A DNA stretch of 64,000 bases from Bilabrum cf. latius (taxonomy: Eukaryota), in assembly GCA_965178125.1 (NCBI GenBank), contig OZ237771.1, positions 434,001-498,000 of the forward strand, written 5' to 3'. The translations under genes were made by a program, and so were the position numbers. How positions within the stretch are numbered: position 1 is the first letter of the stretch; every line of letters begins with the position of its first letter. Positions 47,846 to 61,364 of the stretch are shown in pieces. The notes under the pieces were generated by a model. The model was not told where the DNA came from, did no database searches, and worked only from the letters and a program-made list of their open reading frames with translations.

Positions 47846-49764
47846 ATGAGGCTTTCTAAGTGCCTGTTTTTGTTTTTTACGCTACACATGAGTTCACAAT
47901 GGCCGTGGCGAGACGCATGCTCAGCCTTCCTGCAAGTGGCATCGGCCATGACCATGGCGGAGTTCGAAGGTTTCCAATCGTACCAGAAGTACCCAGGTGT
48001 AGTATATATATCAGGAACTGCTCTAGATTCGCCTCGGAGGCAAGGGTACTGCACGGGGGTGTTTGTTGCCCCGGAAATTGTGCTGACAGCCGGACGCTGC
48101 CTGACAGGCTTAAATGAGTTCGGGCTTGCGATTGACACGGCCGACGACGGAGAGTATGCAATGCCCGGCAGCACCCATAACACATACTTTGGAAACATGC
48201 GTGTAGGTATGGGTCCATTCACTTCACGGAACAACGAACCGACCGTCGTTGACCTGGGGCCGGTGTCCAACTACTCGTTCGTGTATCAGAGCGGAAAACA
48301 CGGATTTAACTTGGGTATCCTGCGAGTTAGTTTGCGTGACCCTAGCCTATAGCCAGAAGTATACCCGCCCAGAAACTAGACTCTTGTGAGACCAAGAGCT
48401 GGATCAACACAAGGCACCCCAACTGCTGTGAACCTCCTGCACGCACCGATACCTCCGATTAAGAAGCCATTCGCATCGTCATTAACCGATTCAATTCGCA
48501 GACACTACCTCTTCGCGGCGTGGCGGTCGGATACGGAGCCGTGGGCGAGGACCAGCTGGGCAACTGGCGGGAGGCAGGGGTGCAGCGCGCTGCCTCCGTC
48601 CGCATCGTGTCGGTCACGGAGAGGGAGGCAATATCGGGGCAGTGCACGAGAGAATTCGAGGGTGGGGCGCTGATGGTGACTGACATCGGCACTGTGGATC
48701 AGCCCATGATGTGCGTGTCCACGGGAGATTTCGGGGGTCCCGTGCTGGCCCCCATGCCGGATGCGCCGGATCGGCTCGAGGTGGTTGGGGTGGCATCGCA
48801 GGGTGACGACTCGCCTTGTTCCTCCACCACGTCATACTTCAGCCAGACCGTGTTTCGCCGCAACTGGATCAAGGAAAGGATCCAGGTACTCTCCGGGATG
48901 CCGTACAGGCCCGTCATATGCCCCTCGGCAAGCCCGAGCACCACCCCCACAGCGAGCCCCAGCCCCAGCAGCACCCCCAGCGCCACACCCTCCCCCACCC
49001 CTTCCCCCGTGTACCCTCCCGTGATCAAGCACACCATCGACTGGGTGACGCTGGGCGTGCTGCTGGGCATCGCGGCTGTGTCAGTGCTGGCAGGGATAGG
49101 GGCGGGGGTGTACTACCACCACCGGAGGAGGACACTGGAGGCAGCAAGAGTGAAGCCATTGCCGCCGAAGGAACCTAGGGATGGCAGTGATGGTGACCAT
49201 GACGATCATGCAAGCACTCGGACAAATAGTGCGACGGGTAGCGGGGCGCTGCATGGGCCCAGCACAAAGACGAAGACGAAGACGAGAGCGCGGGCGCTTG
49301 GGGCCATTGCGCAGCAGATCAAGATCAAGCACGTGGCTGATGGAGGCGAGTCGAAGCAGCGCCATGCGGGGGATGTATCAGGTAGTAATAAAGAGGTGGA
49401 GTAGAAAAGCGCGCTGGATTCCACAGGTGCAGGCAGCAAGCAAAATGCGGGTGCTGGCGGTGCGCTGCTCAGCGAGAGGGAGAGGCGGCAAGTGGCCTCC
49501 AGGATCGACAAGGACAGGCGGGCGAGGAGGAAGCAGAGGGAGAAGCTGCAGTTCCAGAAGAGGAACGTGGCGGGGGGGAGGGCACCGGCGCTGTACGGTG
49601 TCCCTGGAGGCTCCCGGTTCAGCGAGTATTCGGGAGTGCCGGCACCCCCCGATGTGGAGAGGGTGAAGCGGGTGCTGCGGGAAGCGGGGGCGGGGGATGG
49701 GGGGATCGGTGAGAGCAAGGGAGGGGATGGGATTGCCAAAGCGATGCAGGATTTGCAGGAGTAA
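47846..49764 (+). CDS. Membrane-anchored trypsin-like (S1) protease homolog lacking the catalytic triad; intron 48386-48501
   Basis: CTGVFVAPEIVLTAGRC, NLGILRV, AVGYG, GDFGGPVL and VVGVASQG, then a P/S/T stalk and TM WVTLGVLLGIAAVSVLAGIGAGVYY. Reads through TAG 48350, 48377 and 49402 to TAA 49762-49764. The start codon is uncertain. Confidence 0.8.
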
Positions 49765-49939
49765 TGGAAGCCTAGTAGCGCGCTCGAGGACATTCTGCGT
49801 GACAGAACGACTTGCGGTGTTGTATGCTGGCCTACTTATAGCGCACTCGGAGCTGGAATCGCACGGCCCACTGGCGCAAGAACGAACACAGTGCATGGGC
49901 CAGACCACGACCAAAGTTCTGAACAAGGCGATCAACAGT

Positions 49940-52900
49940 ATGGCATCAAATAGCGGTGGCTCATGGGAGCTGCGCGAGTTTTTTTCTGGCCCGCTCCTGC
50001 TCGCCTGCGCCCGCGACCACCGATACTTTGATTACATTCTCGAGTGCATGGGCAAGACACTCCGCATGCAATGTCCCATGAACGATCTGTCAAGATTCGA
50101 ATAGCGTGATGATCTATACATCGGACTAGGGAGCTAGGGTCTAGTAGAGACGGGGGTAGGGGTCAAGGCAAGAAGCTTAAAGACCTTTGTTGAGCGCGTG
50201 GTCGATGACGATTCACTGCCAAGCACGGCCCGGAAATCCGTCCTGCTCCCACACGCTAATCTACTAGCGTCTTGGGATGTAAGCTGCTCCGTGTTCCCGG
50301 GGAGCAAGGTGGAGGTCAAGTCTCGCCGGGACTAGGATGCTGCAAGTGGAGCGGAGAGGCTAGCCAAAGAGACGAACATCAGGCTGGCCCCGGTTCTGTA
50401 TCAAGCACAGCTCTGGGCTGAGCGTAGCAAAGCGAAACTATCCACTCCAGCCGGCCGAATATCCCCATCAAGCCCGGAGTTCGGTACAACAGCTGCTGCA
50501 GCACCAACCGAACCTGCACCGGCACCTGCGCCTGCCCCTGTGCCTGCCCCGTCATCTGCCCGCGAACGTGATCCCCCCAAGGCTGTACTGAAGCCTCTCC
50601 CCCCTGTGGAATGGACCAAGCAGTCCGCTGGCAAGAAGGCCTTGGAGGCCCTGTGTCCCGCCGTGCTCTCATAGGAGGCCATCGCGGGGGCGCTGGACGG
50701 AGGGGCGGTTGCAACCAGGAAGACGAGGGTGGCGAGCTTCTTCGGCGAGTTCGGGCTCATGGTGGAGCTGGCCGTGGTGAGCTGCAGGCTGGGGCGGTGT
50801 GACGAGTGGAAGGAGGGGGGGGAGGGCGAGGTGGGCGGCAGGGACGGGGGGAGAACCAGGGGAGGCCTAAGAGGACGAGGACGAGGAGGACGAGGAAGAG
50901 GAGGAGGGGGCGGTGGTTGGCGGAGATGGCGGGATGGGGGCGGTCGTAGGGGCAGAGGCGGGTACAGCAAAGTAGGGGGGGGTCGCACGCGTTGGGACGG
51001 GCTGGCCGTAGAGAAGGAGGAGAGTTAGAAAGGGGAAAAGGAAGACTCCGTACGGATTGATTTCAGCTCCGGGTCGGCTACGCTAAGCACGGATGGAGTG
51101 GTGATGGGTCTGGATATTTCGCCAGCGCGCGGCGCTTCTCTGTGCCTGAGCGTGTGCGTGGAGGGCGGGGAGGAAGAGGTGCGGGCGCACGGTCCTAGCA
51201 TTCTGGAGGCCTCGCGGATGGCGCTGCTGCTCGCTGGGAAGAGGCTCAAGCTGGTGGACTCGGAGTCGGAATGCATGGCGGCTGGGCCCGGGGCTGGGAG
51301 TGCACTACGCGAAGCGCCCCGCGGGGCAAGTTCGGCCGGATCATCCACCGGTGGATTGGACCCGCCTGCCGCCGTGCTTGGAATGCGGTGCGGGTATGGG
51401 GAGTTTTGCTGCCGCGCGATTGACGTGCTGAGGGAGGCGGAGGGGATGGGTGCATTGCATGGCGATGCATGGAGGGAGCTGGTGTGGGAGGAGGACACTG
51501 GGACACCGCAAGGCGATGCGCCTGATGCAGCAGCAGGGTAGGTCGCGGATGGGGGTGCGGGCGCGGGGGAAGGCAAGGTGGAAGCAAAGCCAGGACCAGG
51601 ACCAGGACCAGGACCGTGTCCAGGCAATGATACAGCCAAGGTGGCGCTGGAAAGAGTCGGCGGCATGGGCAGCAGCAGCAGCAGCGATCACGATGACAGT
51701 GACGACGGCGGTGAACGTGATGACGAGATCGGTGTCGAGAGGAAAAAGGGCAAATCACTGCCATCGGCACCACACTCGTCACACCCAGAGGATGGGGACG
51801 AAGGGGGGAACACGAGGGCAGCAGCGGTCGGCGATGCACCGATCCGAGTAGGTTACTGCAGCTACGGGTCGAATCTCAACGAGCAAAGGTTCGCTTGCTA
51901 CTTGCTGGGCGGGTCTATCCCGGGCATGATGACGAGTGAGGCGGGCTGCAGGGACAATAGCTCGCCTCGGGGCAGCGCCACTGTGAGTGCCCCAATGAGG
52001 GTCTCTTTCGCGCGGCGGTCTGCTCGGTGGGGGGGCGGCGGTGTGTGTTTCGTGGGCGGCACTCGGATCAGGACAGCCGTGGGGGCGGGTGCATCGCATG
52101 GTGGTGATGGCGATGGCCTAGAGGTGGTGGTGGATGTGGGCGATGGCAGTGTGACGAGTGCGCGGTACGGCTGCAGCGGGGCGCTGCTGCGAGCGTATGA
52201 CGTATCTCTCGGGCAGTTCAACGACGTTGTGGCGCAAGAGAACGGCAAGGACCCGAGGGTGCATTGCACTGCAGTCGAAGAAAGATCCACCAAGGCGAAA
52301 GAGAAGGTTGATCATGACTCGGAGGAGGGGGGGGCAGACCCCCGCGCGCTGACGGTGGAGGACATCGAGGCCATGAGGAAACAGGGGCCCGGGGCAAGGG
52401 TTCGACTGGGCAGCGGGTGGTACGGCAGTGCAGTGTACCTAGGGGAGGCACCCCAGTGGATGTTCGAGGGATCGTCACACCTGGGCAGGATGTATGCGAG
52501 AATGGACACGAGCAAGAAAAGGGGTACGAAGAAGAAGGGGAGGGGCAAGGGCGGGGCCATGGCTTGGATCGGTGGGGGGGGCGAGGGGTCCGATGACCCC
52601 ACACAGGGGTCAACACCAGAGGATGCCACCCCAACTCCAAGCACACCCGCCCCTGCCCCGCACTCGTCACACCCACAGGCGCCCTGGCTCTCCGACGGCT
52701 CCCTCCGCCCCGCGCTGGGCCTGGACCTCGCCACCGGCCTGGTGTGCCCCGCCGAGCAGCTGCCTGGGATGGCTCAGGGCGCACGGGGTGTGACGAGTGG
52801 GGGCGTCGCTGGACTCGGCGATGAACCAAGGGGAACCTGGTTCCGCAAACCAACCGGCGCCGCGCGGGCCACCCACGCCGACGTGCTGGTGGGCCTTCGC

Positions 52901-53266
52901 GACCTTGGCCTGGCCGTGCCCTCCCCCAGCACAGAGGACCTCTCCTAGCTGCTCGCAGGGTACGGGGTGCCGCTGCAAGGTGCATCGCACGGCGGTGCGG
53001 GGGCGGAGTCCGGGGCGGGGGTTGTGGTGGAAGGCAGCACGGCGCCGCGCACGGTTCCGCTGGTGACTTTCACCATGCCCCGTTCGTGCGAGTCGTCGCT
53101 GGACTGGAGCCGGCATGTGGACCCGTCAGCTGCCTACCGTCGGACGATCGTGGAGGGGCTGGTGGCGGGGGGCCTGGGGCTGGACGAGGCGCTGAGGTAC
53201 GTGGAGAGGAGAGTGAGGGGGTCCGCGGCAGTGGATCGGATCAGGAGGTAGCTCGCGAAGGTGTGA
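49940..53266 (+). CDS. Protein with C-terminal gamma-glutamylcyclotransferase-like (YGSN) domain interrupted by low-complexity inserts
   Basis: YCSYGSNLNEQRFACYLLGG..PG....GCRD, FARRSARWGGGGVCF, RAYDVSLGQFNDVVAQEN, GWY, PLVTFT and PSAAYRRTIVEGL. One frame joined by TAG, ending TGA 53264-53266. The start is 49895 or 49940. Confidence 0.72.
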
Positions 53267-53491
53267 CGAGTGGCAGGCCGTCCGACGAGGCGTGCGGCAC
53301 TGAGCGTTGCAGATCTTAACTTCAGATTTGGCGCACCTGGATGCATGTGCTTTTCGTCTTGCAATCAGATTCGCGCTAGGATTTGGCTGCAGCCACTTGC
53401 TTCCGCTAGACTGCCGTCTTTCCTTCCAATTCAACATGCTAGCCATGCCGGCCCAATGCGCGAACGCAGATGCACCACCGATACCACCCAC

Positions 53492-54673
53492 TCACTGCTT
53501 GCGCCTGCTGCCTGCCTTCTCCGCCTCCTCCTGCGCCTGCTGCCGGCCCAGCCTCAGGTCCAGCTCGGCCTGGGCGCGGCTATGCTGGGAGAAGGCTGCC
53601 CCGATGACGAGTGCGATCGCTGCCACGATCACGCCCCAGTAGGGCCACAGCTTGCCCGTGGCGCGGACCATCTCGTCACTCGTCATCACGCGGACCCTGC
53701 CCCCGGATGACGAGTGCGCCAGCACGGCCGTGTCCTCCCCTCCGGCACTCGCCTCCTCCTTCACGTCGTACCATACCTCGGCCCTCTGAGGCTCCATCCA
53801 CCCGTCAGCGAGGGGGGTGATCTCCACGGAGGCGGTGGAGAGGGCGCGGGGCTCCAGGGCCGGCCAGGTGATCTTGAGGGAGCCGTTGCAGAACACGTGG
53901 ATGGTGGAGCCGTCTGCCTCCACCGGGTCGAAGCCCTCTTTGCCCCCGTCGCACTGGGAGTATGGCACGCCTACGGGGGTCACCTGGAAGCTGTCCGGGC
54001 TGAAAGTGTCGTTGAGCTCGATGCGGAAGGCCTTGGACACCCCGATGTTGGTGATTTCATACGAGACCTTGTTGGGGCGCTTGGCGGGAATCACAACGTA
54101 CATGGAATCGGGGAGCTCGATGCGCTGCGTATCGCAGGAGGGGGGGCAGGAGCACGTATCGAATGGATGGGGCGCAGTTGTGCTATCTCGCGATGTCCTG
54201 CTGATGAACACAGCTGAGAGGCTGACACAAGTAGCCGGCATCGACAGGACCGAGCGCTGTGGAGGTTCACCCGTGTGACACGCCACACAACCAAAACATC
54301 GTTCACCAATAGTTATTTACATAGTAACGTAACACATTGTAAGTAGATGGTATGGATGCGCGGACTGCATGTGCCAAACGGCACCGCGACATCCACGTTG
54401 TCGCGAACCAGCGAGCTGGTGCGTTTGTCTCACCTTTTCAACACTGAGCCACGGGCGGTTATCGATATCAAATGCTTCCTCTGCTGATACCTCAGCGGCC
54501 GGCACATCCTCGTCTTCTGCCTCCAATTCATCCTCGCCATAGAGCTCGTCCTCGCCGTCAACGAATCCCCCATCTGCACCAACCTCGATGTCATCGGCGA
54601 ATGCGCAGGAAGACATGATTGCAAGCATGCCCATGCTAGATGCCAAAGCCATCATTGTGCTTCTGGCAATCAT
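53492..54673 (-). CDS. SSR2: Translocon-associated protein subunit beta; intron 54125-54433
   Basis: Signal peptide and acidic stretch, then VSYEITNIGVSKAFRIELNDTFSPDSF, GSLKITWPALEP, AHSSSGG and TM YWGVIVAAIALVIG, following the TRAP-beta pattern; ends TGA. Confidence 0.8.
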
Positions 54674-56289
54674 GCCCGCCGAAAAATAGACTGAAGTACG
54701 CTCTCCGGATCCGTCGAATGTAACGGAACAATACACAATTTACTGGTTTTTGCCGGTTCCGGATCAGCAATTTGCGCGGCGCCCAGATAATTCGGAGAAG
54801 AAATCATGATGCAATTCGATTCAGCGCGCTCTTGCGAGTCTGCTGGTGCGCCTTTCAACTCAATACGATGAGATTAAGTCTGTTAACATGCCATTCAAAG
54901 AATTGGCCTCTAGCAGGGAGCTGCAGCTTTGCGCGGCGCCAAAACTGTGTGATTAGTGTCGCACGACACCCCGACACTGCCCGGATACCCCTTTCTAGTC
55001 TACAAAATAGACCTAAAAATATACCTGTATGATAATGATGCTAAATTATACGCTGCTGTGCAGACGAATGTCTGAATAAGATTCATTTGGACACGACAGG
55101 GTCCACGGTCATCCCTCTGGCAGCCGCAACAAACTTGCTTCGATTGGCCCTCTGAGATACTGAATTTGATTACACTCCTCATAATTCTGAGCAAATTGAT
55201 GACTTTATTCAAATAACGCGCTCATATTCTGCTGTGCGGTTCATGAGTAGGGTGTTTCCCGTGAGGATGACTGAACCAGGCCGCAGAGTTAGCTATTGCA
55301 CATTTACCTCACCAATCTGCAGCTTACCGCGAATTGAGACCAACCACTACATTTTTTGTATTGATCGTATTCAGAAAATCGAACAGGAGGCTACTATGGC
55401 CATCATTAGGACCCGAGCAGCACCAGCAGCTGTGCGGGTGGCCAGATCCAGAAGACCTGAAGTACGCCATGCTATTCTACACCATTGGGACTGAAAATCC
55501 GTACACTGCCTTTTATTAGGTATATTAATACCATGATTAGTCTCAAACTAGTACTGGCCTCATAGATTTGACACAATTGTGTTCTGAATGGTACCAAACC
55601 ACTGGAAACAGCCACAACTTGCGAAATTGTAGGACCTGTACAAATACAGTACCATACACAAACAAATCGTATGTATAAATAAACTATAAGTGTATCAGGA
55701 CAGTGGTGAATTGGATTCTGCCCAAAATGAATCGAGATCTGACGTCAAATGAGACCATCCTCGGTTCTAATGGACTCTCTGTGACATACTGGAGCGGTGA
55801 TTTGTTTTAAATACCTATTTGATCTGTAATGAAGTCGACCAATAGCGCATTCTATTCGTCGAAATGATTGCACAATAGGGATGCAGCGTGGACTGTGGTT
55901 TCAGTGGCATTTGAATCAGCGTGCTGCTCCTCTCGTTAGCCTTACGGTGGTTGTATGGTAATTCACTAATTACACAATGAAAAAACCTCATTACATGGAA
56001 GATACGCTATTGATGTCGCGTGATAATCGACGAGTTGTATTGTGTCGGGGATCGTTGCGGTCAAGAATTGGTGTGATGAATGTGTCGGGGTAAGTTACAA
56101 CCGACGGATCGCCCGATGGTGTTTGTGAGGTGCCGTTATTGGACGATCCGGTGGAAATACACATTTTGAAGCAAATTCGAATCGGGGCATCCCTGCGATC
56201 ATAGTGAGGTTGTTAGCTTTAACCCAAGTTACGTCGTCGCATTAGTATGTAGTGACCTATTGCTCGCCCTACGATCCACATTTGTGAAG

Positions 56290-59200
56290 ATGGAAGACTT
56301 CAGGCGCCGAGCCGGAACTGCACCGAATTCTGAACTGCAAGCGCAAAGTGGCATTGGCAGCTTGGGCCGAGCAGGATCTGCGGGGGGTCTCCGGGATGGC
56401 ATTCGAGAGACTGGTCTTGGTGGTGACAGCATGGCGCACAGCGGTGATTTTGCCGGGCGAGGGGCTCCATTCCCGCCGGACGAGCAGCCGATGACTCTGG
56501 CTCGCAACACTGCTCGGCTTGTGAATGGCGGCGACAGACCGATCCGAACTCCTGTGCGAGCGCGCGGCAGTGCGGTGCATCTCGGCGCGGTGCAGTCTAT
56601 GACTGAATCCCGCGGCGACAGTCGATCTGGCGCACGTGCTGCCACTGCACTGGCCGGTAGTCCAACAGCAGGAAACGACGAGTTAAGGGCAAGCAGCTCC
56701 GGTGCAAAGCATCGTGCTGTCCTGGACCAGGTAGCAAGGGCCGTGCGGGCCCGAGCGGGCGCCCCTGTGGAGCCTCCTGCTGGACCACACCCACACCCAC
56801 ACCCACACCCACGAGAGGAGACCCAGGCCAACTAGGCAGGGCAAGCAATGGCAGGCGGCTCTGCTGGCTGGAACAACGATGGTACCACACATGCTGCATC
56901 ACCTCAGGTGTCTTCCTCTTCCTCCCCCTCCCCCGCCTCTGCCTCTGCTCCACTGGGCTCCCCTTCCAAGCTGGCCCAGCTCAGCTTCGAGGACGCTCGG
57001 AGGGTGCGGAGGGAGGCGGCGAGGGCCGTGAGAGGTGTGACGAGTGAGGGGGGGCGGGCCAGCGCGGGGGACGCAGAGGAGCTGGGCGGCGGGGATGCAC
57101 CTCAGGCTGCTGTTGCCAGTGCCGGTGCCGGTGCCGGTGCAGCGGCGGGCCGGCCCGGGGGCCCTGAGCCTCAGCAGCGGCACTCGAGGCAGCAGCGCCG
57201 CGCATTTGCCGGTTCCGCAGGCCTGGCGGTGGAGCGCGGCACCTCCCGGGGTGGCGGGTCCCGTCTCCTCCGTCCGCCCACTCGTCAGTCGGAGCCGTTC
57301 CCCGTGCATCTAACGGGGCGGATCAGCCGAACCAAGGGCTGGGCCGACACGGGGCAGATGCCTCACGGTGCCAGAACGATCGGAGACGAGGCGGTAGGCG
57401 AGAGGAGGAGGGGAGGAGGGGGAGCGGGCAGCGGGAGGCTGGGACGCATGAGGGCGGGGCCAGTGCGCGCCACCGGGGACGCCGTGCCAATTATTGAAGA
57501 TGAAGATGAGGAGCTGGAAGTGGAGGATGGGGGACGTGGTGGCGTTGGTGGTGAGGGGGAGGAAGAAGAGGAAGAGGAAGAGGACCGTGCTCTGGAGGAG
57601 CACTTTATGGGATCTGTCCATGCGCGGGTCGGGGGAGGGGCAGGTGGTGTGGAAATGGGCTTGGTTGAAGATGAAGAGAATGGGGGCTTGGAGGCGTCGT
57701 ACCGAGGCAACCTGAAGGACCTTGAAGATGAAGATGAAGACCAGCAAGGGGATGGGGCCTTGCAGAGTACAAGAAAGGATGCATCGCATGCAGGTGCAGC
57801 GAGGCCCAGCACCAGCAGATCCACGCTGCAGAGGCCTGGCTCGGCAGGTATGGGCGGGTCCGGTGTGACGAGTGGCTGGGGCCGGCCCCCATCGGCCAGG
57901 GGCAGGCGGGAGAGGGCCGCTGTGGCTGCACTGCGCGCGCAGGCGGCCAAGGCGGCTGGTCTGGTACTGGGGCGGGAAAGCGAGGGGGGTGTGGGTGCGG
58001 GGGAGGGGGAGGGGGAGCGCACCATCGGTATGACGAGTGGGAAACCGGGGACCCGGGGGGAATATATCATCCGCCACAGGCACAGATCAGGTTCAGGGTC
58101 AGGGTCAGGGTCGGGGACAGAGGTGAAGAGGAGCTCTGGTCTCGGAGACGATGCCCGTGCTCTGGGGTCGAGAGGGGGGGGCGAAGGGGGGAGTCTGCAG
58201 TGGATGCAGGTGCCCAGCGACGACTCGGAGCCTGAATTAGGCGCGGGTGGGGGTGAGGACCAGGAGCGACCCAGGGCTGCAGGGGGCAGCAGCAGGCGGG
58301 GTCGGGCGGGTCCCGGGGAGGCGGGGGACAGAGACAGCGGTGCGGCGGCCGATGGCCATGAGGGTGGGCAATTCGGTCTGCTAGAGGCGCCGCGCAATAT
58401 TGGTTCCGCTGACGAGTTCGGTCCCGTTGAGCCGTCGGCGGCGGGGTCCGGAGGGGCATCAGCGGGTGAGGCGGGGGACGGATTCGGAGCGATTAGTGTG
58501 ACGTTCCACGTGCCGATTCAGGTGACGGGCGGAGATGGCGACGAGGATAGTGTGACGAGTGGAGCCAAGAGGAAGAAGAAGCGCGGCCGTAGGACCCGCG
58601 GGGATACCAGGACCAGGACCAGGACCAGGACCAAGGGAAAGGGAAAGGGAAAGGGAAAGGGTAAGGGCAGGCGGAAGGGGCACGGGCAGGGCAAGAGCAG
58701 GGGCGGAAGGAAGGCACAGGAACCAGGGACAAGTGCATTGCATGACGGCACAGATCGCGTGGGCACAGCAGAAACAGCGGATAGCGGAGACGTCGTTGTG
58801 GATGCATCGCACGATGGTGCGCCTGTGACCCCGCAGGTGCGCGTCCGTCGCATCCGGGCGGCTGCGGCTGCGGCTCTGGGCAGCGGTGATGTGGATGGTG
58901 ACGAGGACGGGGGGATCGGCCGCGGCTGGGCCGGGCTTGCCCCGGATGGAAGCGAGGGCCAGTAGGAGAGTGTAGGTCTTTCCCACGGGTAGGGGGGGCG
59001 CGGGAGTGGTGGTCGCGGCAGCAGCAGCCTTCGTGTGAGCGAGTGGGAGGATGATGACGAGTGCGGCGGTGGTGCCTCCAGCGGCGGCAGGCGGCGAGGG
59101 GGGGGCAGCGGCCTGCACTCGTCACAGTCTTCCATCCCGGAAGTGGAGGCGCCGCGCATGGACCAGCAGCAGCATCGGCAGCAGCATCTGGAGGGGCATC

Positions 59201-59884
59201 AGGAGGGGCATCAGGAGGGGCTGTCCACTGGCCTGGACCGTGATTTCTTGAAGCTGTTTGCGTGGGGTGGAGGCGAGGGCGATGAAAGCGTCGATGGAGG
59301 GGGGGAGGGAAGCAGCGAGGGGGAGGACGGGGAGAGCGTAAGCGACGGGGAAGATGGGAGTAGGAGCAGCGGCGGGGGAGGGGGCAGCAGTGACGCGAGT
59401 GGAAACAGTGGCACATCACCTTCGTAGCGCATTGATGCATCTGCAGCTGCGGGGCCGGGCGGGCGCGGCAGATCCCCAGGCGGCGAAAAGGCGCCGCATC
59501 GCAGGGCCAACAGCTGGGGATGGGATTCGGAGCCCAAATTGACCGGCACGCCCGGCACTGGAGAAGGGACCAATGTGCAAGGGGGTGGCGACAACGCGGC
59601 GCAAGGCAAGCAGCGGCGGCGGCCCCTGCCCGTAGATGCATCGCACGGTGGTGCCCCGCACCCGGGACCATCACCATCTGGGTCCGTCACTGGGTCCACC
59701 GGTGGATCGGCTGATCGGAGACGCCACCACCAGGGAGTCGGCGGCAGAGGTGTCCCATAGGGGGTGGGTGGGAGCGTCTGGAGCCCCAGCTCAGCGCATG
59801 ATGCACCGTTCGGTGGTGGAATGGCACAGGGAAATGCCATGCAGGGAAATGCCATGCAGGGAAATGCCATGCAGGGAAATGCCA

Positions 59885-59915
<31 letters not shown>

Positions 59916-61278
59916 GCAGGGGCAGGGATAGGGTAGCGGGATTGGCAGGCCGTCGCCTGGCACCCAGGCCACCAGCCCGACCATGGTGTCGCCCTCGTCA
60001 CACCACTCTCACTCGTCACACGCATAGAGGCAATCGCCACGGGGTACCAGGGAGGGTGTCCAGGGTGCATTGCACGGCCGCGGTGCCACCAGATCACCGC
60101 GCGTCTCCGACAGGGGAACACCGCGCTCGTCACACCAGCACCGCTCCCCTCACTCGTCATCCCCTTACTGGCAGCCGAGCGCCTCTGGCTCCAGCAAGCC
60201 AGCTGCAGCCGGGGCTGGATCCCGTTCTCAACCCAGGGGGGCGGGGGCGGGGGTGGGGGGAGGCAGGAGACATGGGAGCAGTGGTTCCGCAGGCAGGGAC
60301 GCGCGCGGCGCCTCCAAGCCTCGGCGTACCCCCTCCTCCGCGGGCTCGTCCTCCCGCCAGCGTGACCCGCAGTCGTTGCACTCGAGTCAGAAGACGCGCA
60401 CCACCGGCACCGGCAGGGGGAGCGGAAGGGGGAGGGGGAGGGTTCGGCCGGCCTCGAGGGAACCTTCCCAGGCGCAGCTGGACCGTGTGGCAGCGGCCAT
60501 GGGAGCCACCGTGATGGCGGGGGGGGCCGGGTCACCCTCCCTCAGGGGATAGGTGGGGTCACGGGGGTCCAGGCGGGGGGGCGGGATGGGGTCACGGGAG
60601 AGGGAGAGGGATCTTCATCTTCAGGATTCGGACGGGGGGGTCAGTGGCGCGGCGCATCGAAGGTACAGGCAGCGGCAGGGGAGTGTGGGGTCTAACCGGA
60701 GTTTTAGTGTTTCCGGCGACGAGCAGGGGGGTGGGCCTAGTAGCAGGGGGGGGACAAGCCCGCGCAGGCAGGGGCAGGGGCTGCAGCGGCTCCGGACTCC
60801 TCTTGTTCCCTGGCGGCCAAGCGGCAGTGCGGGAAGCGTGGGGTCCGGGGGCCTGGCGAGCGATGGAGCAGGGATGGGGCACGGGTTTGTGGAAGTGCCG
60901 GCTACTGGGGCTGGGGCTGGGGCTGGGGCTGGGGCTGGGGGTGGGTTGTCCGGGGGGGGCGGTGGAAGGAGGGGGAGGGGGGAGGGGCGATCGAGGGAGA
61001 GGGGTGCCTCGCGCGGGGGGACATCGGCGGGAGGTGCTGCTGTGTGGGTGGTCGGCGGGAGCGGGGGGGGAGGGGGTCAGGGCACATCGGCTAGGGGGGG
61101 GGCATCGCGGGGGGGCGTCGGGATGAACCTGGGGGCCGGTGTGACGAGCGAGGGGAGCCGCGGGTCATCCTCGAGGAACGATCGGAGAGGAGCATCTCGG
61201 CAGGGGTCTAGGGGTGGTGTGACGAGTGCAGCGAAATCGTCACTGGCAGGTCTGTACGGCGGGACTGGGTTTTACTGA
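56290..61278 (+). CDS. Hypothetical ~1,660-aa G/S/R/E-rich, probably disordered protein, intronless
   Basis: ORFs 56260, 56848, 59035, 59539, 60070 and 60553 are one frame separated only by TAG; ends TGA 61276-61278. No recognisable domain. Confidence 0.72.
59827..59931 (+). repeat. Coding tandem repeat (CAGGGAAATGCCATG)x4 followed by (CAGGGR)n ending in TAG
   Basis: Directly visible; encodes (QGNAM)4(QG)n. Confidence 0.9.
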
Positions 61279-61364
61279 GAATCCAGCGTGACGGTTGTAA
61301 GACTTAACAGTGTGGGAATCCAATAGGAAATTTGAATATGCATGCAACGTGTGGAGTGCAGTCG

